NCBI RefSeq assembly: GCF_009914755.1
Contig: NC_060944.1
Origin: the human T2T-CHM13v2.0 reference genome, Homo sapiens
Reading direction: 5' to 3' (one strand)
Length of the DNA stretch: 64,000 nt
Shown here: one piece after another, positions 1 to 12,837 of the stretch
How positions within the stretch are numbered: the stretch's first letter is position 1
How the letters are laid out: each line of letters starts with the position of its first letter
The notes under the pieces: generated by a model
What the model was told of the DNA's origin: nothing
The model's database searches: none
Seen by the model: only the letters and a program-made list of their open reading frames with translations
Translations under genes and position numbers: made by a program

Positions 1-138
1 CATCTTGCAGATGAGAATACTGAGGCATAGAGAAGAAAATTATGTCATTTAAGACCACAGATCTCATAAATGGCAGAGCTTGGATTTAAAACCAGAAGGT
101 TTGGCTCCAGGGTCCATATTCTCAATCACTATCTACCA
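1..138 (-). mobile_element. MIR SINE fragment
   Basis: cagatgagaatactgaggcatagagaag core. Confidence 0.8.
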
Positions 139-179
139 TTGCTGTTCATTTATGAGACTTCCAGGGTGTGAGGACTTGC

Positions 180-271
180 CTCTAGCCTTGTACCTCTTTG
201 AGCCCACCCTCATCTCCATTCCAGAAGTAGTCGGGCTCCTTGGAAAGAGAACCATGTTAGCAGGGAATTGT
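180..271 (-). pseudogene. Relic exon candidate (92 bp), QFPANMVLFPRSPTTSGMEMRVGSKRYKAR
   Basis: Minus strand: ccccagtttctacAG| acceptor, AG|GCAAGT (GC-type) donor, open frame. Confidence 0.45.
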
Positions 272-1534
272 CTGTAGAAACTGGGGAAGACCATGTGGGC
301 TAAACTGGAAATGTACTTTTTCATACAAATGCTTTTTAATAATCAAGCATAATTAAGATTAATTAAAATTAAATTATGGCTCCTTTTCCATCACAAAAGC
401 TGTATTTCTAGTTGTTCAATGGAAAGATCATACATAAAGAATGCAAAAAAAAAAAAAACCAGGTAGTATTTGGCAACACTGGTCATAAAAAAGAACAATG
501 AAAACTTGTTTATTTCTTAACTAAAATAAAAGTGGAAAGAAGTTGGAAGATGGTGTTTTAGGAAGTTTTAAAAATCTTCTTTATAATCTTTGTTTTTTAA
601 CTCCATAATAATAAATATTCACAATATTTTAATGAGAGAATGTGTTTTTATAAAGAATCCTCCCATCATGGTGATAATAGAGAAACCTTGGTTATTGACT
701 CTCAATGACAGCTTGTAAATGACGTATAGAAAAATCTGAAAAACCTGGAAGCTTCTTTTTTTTTCTTTGAGGTGAATCCCTCCATCTGGCTCTAGATCCA
801 GTCTATCCTACCTTTCAGAGATATCAATGTATAAATCATCTCCTCCTCATCTCATTCCCCTTTATCAATTTCCTCTCATCAGCATTTTAACTTGAACAAA
901 ATCTCTGCCATCTTAAAAATGCTTCTTTTGGTCCTATGTTTGCCCATATTGCCCTGTTTCTTACTCATACTGAATATTATTTTGTACTATTAAAATGTTT
1001 ATCATTTAATAATTATCTACCATTTTATAACTAAATTTAACTCATTTATATTTATTAATTGAACATCTATATACCATTGCATTGATATCTTTCCTTTACT
1101 AGGTATATATTTTTTAACTTGACTGTTATTAGTGGATTGGATTTACTTATTTTTGTGTTTATATAGTAGTTTCATATAGTAGTTTCACAGTTTTATATTT
1201 TATGTCTATGTTTTGACGCTTATATGTACACTTTAAATCACATACACAGAAAAGTATCTATCCAGTGTATCCTGAGTCAGTCAGTATCCTCTGAGCAGGA
1301 AAGAAACCTTAGTATGTTTCACTCTTCTCCAGTCTCGCTTCCTTATCTATGATACAGTGACCTTTCAAAATTTCAATTCCAGAATCACATTAAAACTATT
1401 CACACTTTAGAAGCATTTGGCTTGGCTATGCTTCTATCCAGCCTATCAAAGTGTGAATGAAGAGGTTGTATTAATTCTGCCATCTTTTAAAGTTCTATTT
1501 CTTTTTTTTCCTTTGTAAAGTTTTTATACATTTT

Positions 1535-2440
1535 CACTTATTTATTTTTGTTGTATATATTTGAGGAGTACAACATGATGTTTTGATATACATTACACAG
1601 TGAAATGATTACTATGGGTAAGTAGATTAACGTATCCATCCCCTTCCTTATTTGCCTCGTTTTTGTGGTCAGAGCACCTAAAATCTACTCTCTTAGACAA
1701 TTTTTAGTATACAATATTATTAACTATAGTCCTCATGCTGTACATTAGATATCTAGACTTATTGCTCCCACCTACTTGCAAGTTTGTACACTTTGACTTA
1801 TCAGGTCTCATTTCCTTCTCCTCCCTGCTCCCGTAAACACTGTTCTACTCTCTGTTTCTATGTATTCAACCTATTTTTTTTTTGATTGCACAATTTGACC
1901 TTATGTTTTACTGGTTTCTTGTTTTCTACCCTTTCTTGTATGTCATTTTCTTCTACCATAGATTCTTTGGTAATTTTCCTGTGGCATATCTTCAAGGAAC
2001 TCAAAGAGACTCTGTGGATGGTAAGGTTTCTGATTTCTTACGTGTTAGCAAATAGTCAAGCGCCTGTTTGATCAGATCCATTATCTTCTATCTTACAATG
2101 TTGTCTAGCCCACAATGATAGCTAATGACAATCAGAACTTTAGCCTTTAAAGGGAAATGACTTTAGCTTTTATATTTTCAGGTTTTTATCTTTAGTTTTT
2201 GTTCCAACATTTTATCATAATGTTTATAGGGATGGGTCTTTTATTGCCATCAGTTTTTCTGTTGCTGAATGTTCAAAGGCCCCATTCAATTTAAAGATAC
2301 TTTTTATTCTTCAGCTCTAGAAAATGTTCTTTTATTATGATTATTTGTTATATAATTTTCTTCTTTCCTTCTAGAACTCGTTCTTGAGAAATAGTGGAAA
2401 TTTTGGGTCTATATTCTATGCCTTTAAAATTATTTTTTTG
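1535..2440 (-). mobile_element. L1MA 3' UTR fragment (to about 1890) followed by older L1M sequence
   Basis: tacaacatgatgttttgatatac...tacattagatatctagacttatt matches the L1MA 3' end in antisense. Confidence 0.65.
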
Positions 2441-2689
2441 CATCACCGTGAGCCAAGATCATCTCCTCATCCCAAGATCCTTAACTAAATCATATCTGCA
2501 AAGACCTTTTTTTCCACCTGAGGTAATATTTACAGGTTCCAGACCTAGTATCTTTGAGGGTCTTTATTCAGTTTCATAAGGGCCCTTTTTGCTCCTTCTG
2601 ATTGTAGACCCTGAGGCTGGAATGTTATTATGCGCCAAAAGTCATGACGTTGTCCTCATCCATCTGATCCAGCTTTGCTCGGCTTTCTC

Positions 2690-2985
2690 ACGTTCTCCAC
2701 CCTTTCTCCTTTTTCCCCGCCATTTTGCTTCCTTTTCCCACCCATTCAATCTTTCCAAGCACTTACCTCTTTTCCTTTTTCTTTTCCACTCCCCCTTTCT
2801 CTCCTCCTTCCTTCACCACCTTCTTCTTTCCCCTCACTTTTACCTTCTTTCCCTTCCTTCTTTCCTTTCTGCATTCTTTTCCCCTCTACTCCTCCTCATC
2901 TCCTTGGTGCCTCCCCTCCACCTTCTCATTCCCCCTTTCCCATCCTTCTTCCACTTCCCTTACATCATATTCTCCTTCTCACAGG
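2690..2985. repeat. CT-rich low-complexity tract
   Basis: About 300 bp of almost pure pyrimidine; explains the overlapping ORFs at 2589-3099. Confidence 0.9.
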
Positions 2986-3148
2986 TTTTCTCTGCCTAAT
3001 ATCTCTACAGCTCCAATCAAATATTCTCACCTTGAACCACATCAGGAATTCTTCATCATTTCTGGTTTGCTGAATTTATTTTTTGTTCTTGCTTTCTAGG
3101 ATCTTGATTCATTTAATTGTAAAAAAGAAAAATCAATTTCTGAAGTTA

Positions 3149-3487
<339 letters not shown>

Positions 3488-4554
3488 TTACAATTTTAAT
3501 ACCTGGAAATGCCTTTTTATTTACGATATTTCTTTAGACTGTGAACCTCTCATAGGAAAGACTCTTCCATATTTGTTTTTATTTACTTAATGCCCAGCAC
3601 ATGGTGTTACTCTTACATGTTTCTGAAATGCATGTCATTGTGGATTTTGTGTAATGAAATGCATATGGTTATTTTAACTGATCACTCAAGTTGATTAGAC
3701 TGCCACATCCCACGCAAAAAGAGGGTGCTCAGAAAGCCAGTGATTGGATAATAATTTGAGAATACTCAAGTTTCTAGTAGTCCTAATCGGTTGAACCTAA
3801 AAATGCCATTAACCCTTTCTCAAAGAAGCAGATTGGAGGTGAGTAGCAGTTGTGTGGCTTTTTGGTATGCAGCTGTTCACTTTCAAAACTTAATTTAAAA
3901 CAATAAAAAATAGACCTCGAAATCATTTTGTTTCCCTATTTATTTAATGTGATTTATTCTAAATGTGTTTCATATCACCATAATGTATCGGAGCTCAACC
4001 ACCACCTGTTATTTTGTAGGGGAAATAAACAAGACCTCTCTCATCAGATGAGTTAATTACACTGACATATTCACTCCTCCCCAGAGATACCATAAACTAA
4101 AATGCTGCAAAGCTTTAATTCAAACAAGCAGGCTGGAAACAAGAGCTATTGCAGTGGTATAATTTTCTTTGGGAGAATCAAAAGCTCAACACAGACTTGA
4201 ACTTCAGGGGCAAAATAGCTGGAGTTGATCAAATGGAGGCTTGTCTAGGGTCGCATAATAAATCTGTAGGTGAGTTGAGCTTGAACCCATTTCTCAATAT
4301 TATGGCACTATTTTCCAACCTTTGTGCTTCTGAGCATCATGTGGTCATTTTTAAAACTTGTTTCATCCCGTCATTTCTCCCTCCTCTCAGGTATTTGTCT
4401 GGGGCTGGCTGTGCACCCAGAAGGCCATTCGTTCCATGAAGAACATGACAGAGGTACCTGGTCCTACCTGGATTCTTGGGCATGCGGGCAGCAGCAGCAG
4501 CAGCAGCCACAGTGAACTTCATCCTAAGGAAATTAAGCACACGTTGCGTGAGGC

Positions 4555-5095
4555 TGCTGTGGGGGTGCCAGGTCAGATTCTCCAGTGGTAGAACCTGAGA
4601 TGAGAATTCATGGGCAAGGATTTACTGAGAATGTTCCCCCAGAAGAATTGTGTAGGGTGATGGGAGAAGCAGCCCAGGGAAGGGAAAGGAGCCAGCCAGG
4701 CAAGATGTGACTTCAGGCAAATCTCAGCCTCAGCCTGATCCTATGGGGAGCTCAGGAGTGTAAATCTCCCCCCAGATTTTTTTCTCAACTGGCAGAAAAA
4801 GAAGTGGGGTTTCATACTCCCCCTACAATTGGTCCTTGCCTAAGAGCCACTGGGAGAGGCATAAACTCCCAGGCACTTCTGGTTATCTTCCCTGTAAGCA
4901 GAGCAGCCCTCATAGCCTGCGGCAGCTCCTTAAAAAGAATCACAAGTATAGGAAAGTGCCCAAAGAAGGGGGGGAAGTGGGGATAGGACCCACAGGAGAC
5001 TGTAAGAAGGATTCAAGGTGGTGTGAGAGGAGAACAGCCGAGTCTGCTGTCCCCAATAAGGAGTATTGAGTACTCTGTGCCTACAAGGTGGGAGC
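4555..5095. mobile_element. Old ERVL/MaLR-class solo LTR
   Basis: ggtcagattctcc...ctgagatgagaatt...gcctcagcctgatcctatggggagctc motifs; subfamily uncertain. Confidence 0.5.
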
Positions 5096-5409
5096 TGGGG
5101 GAGGAGCCCCACCCCAAGGCAGAGTACCTACAGTCTATATAGATTTTAAGGACCTCTAAAATATTTGAGATCTAAAAACTAAAAAAATAATAATAATAAT
5201 AATTTTAACATATAAAAAATTCACTTGAAATTAATGCATTTATTAATTCAACCAATATTTGCTAGATATCTACTAGGTTCCATTCTGTTCTAGGTGCTGA
5301 GGTTTCTGTAGTGGATAAAACACAAAAATACCAGCCCTCATGGTGAAAATGGAATGACAATAAACAAGATAAATTAGATCTATGGTAAGATAAATTAGAT
5401 CTATGGTAT

Positions 5410-5911
5410 TGAGGAGGGAGGTGGGACTTGACTCTGGAGGCTGGGCTCCGATGACACCAGACCAAATTGAAGACTAGCTAAAACAGGGACCTGACGGAAG
5501 CAGCTTTCCATAAGACACCTCACCCGTCTGCCATGTCAGGTTTACCACTGCCATGGCAACACCCGGAGTTACCACCCCTTTCCATGGCAACGACCCAAGG
5601 ATCCCAAAGTTACCACCCTTCCTCTGGAAATTTCTGCATCAACTGGCCCTTAATCTCCAAGTCATTAAAAGTAAGTGTAAATATGGCTGCAAAACTGCCC
5701 TGAGCTGCTACTCTCAGCACACTGCCCATGGGGTAGCCCAACTCTGTAGGAGCAGTCACAGAGATGTAATACTGCCTGAGCTATAACACTGCCACTTCAA
5801 TAAAGCTGTTTTCTTCTACCCTACCACTGGCTCACCCTTGAATTGTTTCCTGGGTGAAGCCAAGAACCCTCATGGGCTAATCTCCAATCCGGGGTTGCCT
5901 GTCCTGCATCA
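5410..5911 (+). mobile_element. MER41-family (ERV1) solo LTR
   Basis: TG...CA ends, gtat/gcat 4-bp TSD, tgccatggcaacacccggagttacc repeats, AATAAA, gccaagaaccct 3' motif. Confidence 0.7.
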
Positions 5912-6507
5912 GCATCCTATGTTCACAAGTTCCATAAAGAAAATAAGGCAGGGGAGGAGAAGTAAGTAGGGTCCATGGTGGTGTGGGCAGGTGTGAGTTG
6001 TACTTTTAAATAGGGTGGTCAGGGCAGCATTCTCCGCTATACGTAATGATTGCTGGGAACTTTTGGGCAAATGAGTAACTCGTAACTAAATAAGTAGCTT
6101 AATAAACAGTCTTTCCACTTGTTTTTCACAAAATACATTTCAGTTAATATGCAATGGAAGCGGGGTCACATATTGTACAATTCCAGGGAGCTCCACTCAA
6201 AAGTGGGCTTGTCAACATGGCAGCCCAGGGAGTGAGTGCATTTTAATATTCTTGACATAATACAAGGTGGTACCTCCTATGACAAGAATGGCCAGGATTA
6301 TGAAAGTCTTAAAAGAGCCCTTCTCACTTTGGTCACCTAGCATTGCAGGTCTGCAAGTCAAATGACAGGGCACCCTAGGAAAAGTGGTGTTTGCAAACTG
6401 AACTCTTGGAGGTAGATTGATAAATCCACAAACCAATTTATTCATTTACAGCAGGTGATGTAGCTGGCACAGTAACTCTGTCAGTCTCTTTCCTGGTATT
6501 GACTTAC

Positions 6508-6543
6508 CTGAGGAACCAAATTAATTATCAGAAGGTTGCTCTG
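6508..6543 (-). pseudogene. Relic micro-exon candidate (36 or 33 bp, NAGNAG acceptor), QSNLLIINLVPQ
   Basis: Minus strand: tttcctttctttctaattccatactTAG/CAG acceptor and perfect CAG|GTAAGT donor; open in phase 0. Confidence 0.5.
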
Positions 6544-7171
6544 CTAAGTATGGAATTAGAAAGAAAGGAAATTGGATGGTCTTAAGGGATTGTTCTTACA
6601 GGCTTGGATAAATCCTGATAAATTGCCTTTAAAGAGAAAGGAATGTACTGCTCTTTGAGAACCTGGCTCAGTCGTCACCACCTTCTCCTTGAACTCTGAT
6701 GCTGACCCAAGTTTGTCATCCAAGGCTTTTAGTTTATACTTGTTCTTATATTACCTGGTTTCAAAAAAAAAATCTAAATTGCATTGTAAATCAATGAGAT
6801 TTTAAGTGTGCTGTGTTCTGACTGTGTCCAGGGAGGTATTTTAATCTCATGGATAAATGGTAATCTTTCATCAGAGATAATTTCCTCTTTTTGATCTTTC
6901 TCTTTATTCCTTTGTCTGTCTTGCTTTTAGGTCCTTTTTCTTTTTTCTCATCACCATAGCAAATGTCTCAAAAAACTGTGGTTGTAAAATATGCAGATAA
7001 CAACCACGCCTTTATTTCATCATAATGGTTAGGAGCACACGCTCCAGGTAAATCCTGGTCCTTCTTGGTGGCTGTATGATCTTAAGTAAGCCCATTTTGC
7101 TTCAATTTTCTTATCTAGAAAATGGGGATAATAACACCCATGTTATAGAGTTATTCTGATGATTTCTAAGA

Positions 7172-8518
7172 GTCTCAGAGACCTAGGATCCACAAAATCA
7201 AAAGTATGTTCATAAAAATATTAATAAGTAATTTGCCTTTTCATGAGTTGACTTTTGGAATAATGGTGCAAGATCAATGCTGGGTAGACTGTGGTGCCTT
7301 AGTACCACAAGTGGTACTAAGTGGTGGCACCAACTATGCTAGAAGTCTTGGTATTCTGCACCACAGCATACTTGCGGGGGAAAAAAATGAAACTTAAGAG
7401 CAGACTTGATGAAGTAGTAACATTTCTTAAGTTTATTAAATCTTGATATTTTTAATGTTCTGTGTGATAAAAAGGGAAGTGTATATAAAGCACTTCTGCT
7501 ATATAAGGCATGATGGTTGTTTCTAGGAAAACACTTGTATGATTGAGTTGGGAGCTGAAGTAGACATGGTTTTCATAAAACATCTTTATTTGGAAGAATG
7601 ACTGACAAATTATGGTAATTCAGACCTCAGAATCTGGCAGATTTTTTTTTTTTTTGAAAATGAGCAAAATAAGTATCACTGCAAGGAAAACAGCAAGTGG
7701 TATTTGTTGCCAATTATAAAATTCTTCTTTTCAAGCAAAAATGAGAATTTTGTAAAAGTTAAACTCACCACTGTGAGCTTGACAGCTTCCCCATGCTTAA
7801 ATTCCTTTCTGATAAGAATGGTGGTGATATGAAATATGTCAGTATCTGGAATATCTTCATAACTTGCTAAGTCAATATTTTCCAAATGACCAATGTGTGA
7901 TGTTACAAAATCATGCATGCATTAAAGGTCTATTCAAATTGCAAGATAGACCAAATGGATTTTAATGTAGCAGAGTATGAAAAGTCTATTGAATATGATT
8001 TCACATTCCACATTGTAGTAACCTTTAAAAAATTATTACTTGTTGAGTTTTGGTGTAGTATCAAAGAAGAAAATCCCTACTTATCTGAAAAGCTTTTTAT
8101 AGTACTATTCTAAGTACACACATGTGCGGGACTGGATTTTCCTCATACGCTTGCCTTAACCAGAACAACATATTATTACAGACAACACAGGGAAAGATAT
8201 GAGAATGTAGCTCTTTTCTACAACTAGGCATTAAAAATATACTTCTTACTAAATATTTTTTGTTTTGGAAACTATAGTTATCCTTTTATAAGCATATGTT
8301 GTTTATATTAACATGTAATGGATTCAGTCATTTATTATTAATTTATTATTTTTTAGCATGAATTTATAAATAACTATATTAAAACTTTCACAGTTTTAAT
8401 TTCTACCATGGCAAATATTGATTGCGATAAGCCATATAAACAAAAACTCTCTGGGAAGCTCAATGATTTCTAAGAGTGTGAAGGCATCTTAAGCCCTAAA
8501 AGTCTTGAGTGTCACTGA
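7172..8518. mobile_element. Charlie1-type hAT DNA transposon relic
   Basis: Charlie1-like terminal and internal motifs (atgactgacaaattatggt, ctgtgagcttgacagcttccc). Confidence 0.75.
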
Positions 8519-8629
8519 TTTAGAACATTGCTTAGCTCATAGTAAAAGGCATATAATCCTTAACACTTTTATTGGCTAATTATTCACACACCTAGAATTA
8601 CTTGTTCCCAAAGTATGTATAATTTTAAT

Positions 8630-8870
8630 AACAGTTAACTTTTATTAAAGATTTACTTTGTGTGTGCCAGACACTGTGCTCTTTGCTTTGCATGTATTAT
8701 CTAACATAATTTTTAATAAAATGTGATGAGATAGGTACAAATGTTAGTTTTATTTTATAGATGAGGGAAATGAAGTATGGAGAAGTTAGGTAATTTGACC
8801 AAGGTCGCACAGTTATGAAATAGCAGAAATGAGACCCCAGGCAGTCTTGATTCCAGACTGCCCCTAATGA
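8630..8870 (-). mobile_element. MIR
   Basis: ttttatagatgagggaaatgaag...aaggtcgcacag. Confidence 0.8.
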
Positions 8871-11469
8871 CTTTTTTTCTGTATATTTGAGTTGTGTTTA
8901 TATTATTTCCCCATTTAAATGCTCTGAGTCCCCCACCAACTTGATTGTAGGATCAGAGTCCATTCCCCCGACTCAACCCAAGCAAGTCTCCCTGGTACTT
9001 TCTAGGAACTTCCAAAAAATAACTCTCTCATGGAGCCACAGTCAAGTCCATCAGCCGCCATCCTCCACGTTCTACTCTATTCCAACCACTCTCTGGTTTC
9101 CACTGGCTACAAAACCAGTTGAAGGAGTTTTGCCATCACCTTCCTAATGATGCTCTTCATATATAAACTATTACCTCACAACCTCTGGGACACCAACAAG
9201 TGCTGGTTCTATCAAGACTGGCTACATAATTTGTAGGATCCAGTGCAAAATAAAAATGTGGGGCCTTTTCTTTAAAATTTATTTAAATAACTTTAAATGT
9301 TATTTAAAGTCTGCAACAGCAAAGCATTGATCAAGTGTGGGGTTCCATGTGAAGTGCTCTTTCAGTTGCATGCCTGGGGAATTGGCTATGGGTTCTCTGC
9401 AGAGATGGGAAATACCACAGCCTGTCTGAATCTGTCACAGCTTATGCCCCTTGGGCATGAAGGCAGGAGCCTGCAGCTCATGGCCTCACATACTTTCTTG
9501 TGAAAATGAGTCCTGCAGCTTCTAGTCGTTAGTCCTCTAGCCAGAGATCATCGAATCTAGTCTATAGGGATGGAGGCGCTGATGCCTTGACACTCCTTCT
9601 GCTATCTTGTCTTTCCTCTCCTTCCAGCAACAAAACCAAGCCTTTGTGCACATCTGTGGTTGTGACCAGTTGGAGAGACATTAGGAGATGAGATACTATG
9701 TTCACTCCTCACAGCTGTACCAGGGACCTGAGATATTCCGTCACTATTCTATGAGTGAGTAAATTTAATATGTGGAAAGAACTGAGAACTTTTTCTTAAA
9801 AGCATGAAGAGCAGGACTTTGTCAGGTTATAGAGAAATCAAACTATTTTTTTCTGAAGCCAAAGAGGGACACTAACTGCCTTATTTAACCAAGCCATGGG
9901 AAGGATAGAGCAGGCTGGTTTCATACATAAATGGATCTAGGGCCTTAGCCCAGTCTGACAGTCACTGTGAGAGTCTTACCCTGTTTGACTGGCCTTGACT
10001 TCAGACCCAGAGCTATCCCTGGACCCATCACTGTGGCCAGGGGAAATGGTAGGACCATTGGCCCAGATTGTGCCCACTCATGTGGTCAGGAAGCGGGCAG
10101 GAGTGCTATGACCATCTCTCACCATGGTGAGATGGGATAGTGGAGTAGGAGCCATTTGCCCCAGAAAGTAGTAACTATTCTGGATAGAACCTTTGTGGCA
10201 AAGCCATGGTTCTTCTAAAATAGCCCTTGCAGAAATGTAAACCTGAATGTGGGCAGGCAGAACAATGAGATCCAGGAAACAGGATTCAGTTTGAGAAAAT
10301 CTGGTTTATTAGCAACTGACATCAGGTGAGTGCTGATGCTTATATCTCCAAAGCAAAATTTGGGAAACCAGAGAAAGTAAGGTCAAATCAGTAGAACCTC
10401 GTTATCCTGAGAGACACAGGGACTAATCCAGTGAATAATGTTCATGTGTTAGGATTTTGGAGATCCCACCAGTGGTTTTCCGGTGCCAGGGTATGAGAAG
10501 ATAGTCTCCATGTCCAAACTCACAATTTCAGAACAAATTTCATCAAGATAAAGGTAAAAACAAGCCATGACCTGGGAATTTTGTCAGTCAGATCATATTG
10601 CAGAATTTATTTATTGCATACCCATGTCTTACAGCAAAAGGCAAATATGCAAAGGACACTCAGGTATGAAAATCACCCCTCCTCCACGAACCGGTGGCCT
10701 ATGAAAGAGGAACCCAATGAGGAATTGGCATACGTCTGTTTTTATATTTCCTTTGTTTTGCACCAAAGGTCATATTTTTGCAATACTTCGCAATATTTTT
10801 GCAATATTTTGCAATATTTTGTCTATATTTGTTCCCCCAACACCCAAAATGAAGGGAGCTGATGAAATAGAGGCAATCAGGAAGTGGGGAGGGTCACTTT
10901 CTTAGGAGTGGGTGGAACCAATGAGAAGCTGTCTGATTTGCAGTGGTTCAGTGATTTCTTAAAATTCTTTGCAGGGCTGACCTATTTCTAATTCCTTGAG
11001 CCTATAGTCTGAAAGGTCATTAATCTGGGCTCGGCTCATGGTGCTGAAGCTTAAGACTTCTATTTCTTAAATGCCAAAGGTGTGTCAGGTTGCCTTTTGA
11101 AATGCTGGTATCTCTATTCAGGCATGCAGTGGTTAGTAGAGAGGTACATCAGCACTTTCCTTTGTCAGGGAAACATTCACCCAACCAAAGGAACCACCTG
11201 TGTTTTTAGTTTTTACTTTTCTTTCTTTTTTTTTTTTTTTTTTTTGCCATTTGGATCTTTGCCATGGATTCAAAAGACAAACCAATCTCCCCCACACACT
11301 TTCTTTTTTCTTTTTTTTTTTTTTGGTCAAGTACAGGGACAAACTGGTATGTGTTTGCTAATGGGTAACAGCATCAAATGTACTTTCTGAGAGTCAAGTT
11401 GGAGGAAAACATGAAAAGTATCAGTTTATTCTTGTCACTTTATGTCTCCTCATTTTCTATAGAATGAAA

Positions 11470-11830
11470 TCTGAGCTCTTTGTTGTCACATATGAGGTTC
11501 TTTCTGGTCCTCTTTCTGCTTCCTTCGCTGATCTTCCTTCTTGCCTCTCCCCAAACTTACCTTTGACCTCTAAGAACCAGTCATGTCTCGGTTCACATCA
11601 GGGCCTTTGTAAATGTCATTCCTGGCCCTCTCACCTGGCGGATTCCTGCTGGCCTTTCGGGTTTCAACTCAGATGGTTGCTTCTTCTTCAGGAAGCCTCA
11701 CCTGACTCCCCAACCCTGAAGGAGGGACTTCTCTTTGGCGTTCCCATAGCAACCAGTGCTTGCTGCAGGAACGCACTTCCTCTGCATGTAATTGCTTGTT
11801 TATCTGTCTTTCTTCCCTATTATGCCTTTT
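11470..11830 (+). mobile_element. L2 3' region fragment
   Basis: ttcaggaagcctcacctgactcccc motif. Confidence 0.55.
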
Positions 11831-11949
11831 CTGGCTTCTTTCTTTTCCTCTTTCTCTTTCTCCTTCTTCTCCTTCATTTTAATGCATTTTCCTTGCATGA
11901 AATCCAAACATCACAGATAAAGAATGCCATCCTCCTGGGCCACGCGTCA

Positions 11950-12420
11950 GATCTCTTTCATGTCTCTCTAGATACACTTACCAGTCACTTACTCCCACAG
12001 TGCGCTGGGAGCCTGACCGTGGGGTCTGCCTTGACAGACATTTTGCCCTCCAGCTTCCTATTGGGCTTGGCCACTAGGGACACAAAAGAAGGTCAGAGGG
12101 TGGGAGGGAAAGGGTTTGATGTATGCGTCTCCTACTTCCCTCCCCGCCACATTCCCACGGCTGATTGTGTCCCTCTAACTAAGGCTCTAGGTCTCCTCAG
12201 GTGTCCCTCTTCCTGCAGTCACCTCTTGGGCTCTGGTGGCACTTTTTCTTCTTGTCCTTCAGGCCTGGGCTGGTGAATGGTTCCTGCTTTCACTATTCCA
12301 GATGTCCAGCTCTGTACCTTGCTGCTCTCCTTAAAGCCTGCCTCCCTCTAGGTAAGGTGTCCCTGTATTAAATGTTCCTTCCACTACCCAGTGTACATGT
12401 GCATTCCATCATGCTGAGAG
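11950..12420. mobile_element. LTR33-like ERVL solo LTR
   Basis: tgccctccagcttcctattgggcttggccactaggga...ccctgtattaaat. Confidence 0.6.
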
Positions 12421-12837
12421 CCTCACTGATTCTGACAATCACTTCCAACTCTAGTCCTTGCCCCTTCCTCGAGTTCACCCAGTTATAACTATGTCTTCTA
12501 GAATATCACAACCCTAGATGCTGGCACAGTATCATACACATAGAAGGAGTCCAATAAATGTTGACTAAATGCTGTTGTTGAATCTTGGGCTCCCAGGAGA
12601 AGATGGGATAAAAGTTGCTAATTTCAGCCAAACACTCATTTCCTCTGCACATCATAAAGATAAAACAGGATCACAGTTGTTAGAGTGGAAAATTCCCTCA
12701 CTGTTATGGCAGCAGATAGCTAGTATGTATTCCAATGAAAGACTCAGGAATGGGTATAAAAATAATCCACTGTATACCATCAAAAATTGAAAGCACATTC
12801 TTTTCCTTTGAAATAAGATCGGCTTCTAGAAGCTTTC

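Noticed and set aside
2589-3099. Three overlapping 124-136 aa ORFs
   Set aside because: Stop-free only because of the CT-rich low-complexity tract.
11464-12276. Longest ORF in the window (270 aa)
   Set aside because: Runs through an L2 fragment, a pyrimidine tract and an LTR33-like element; no recognisable domain.
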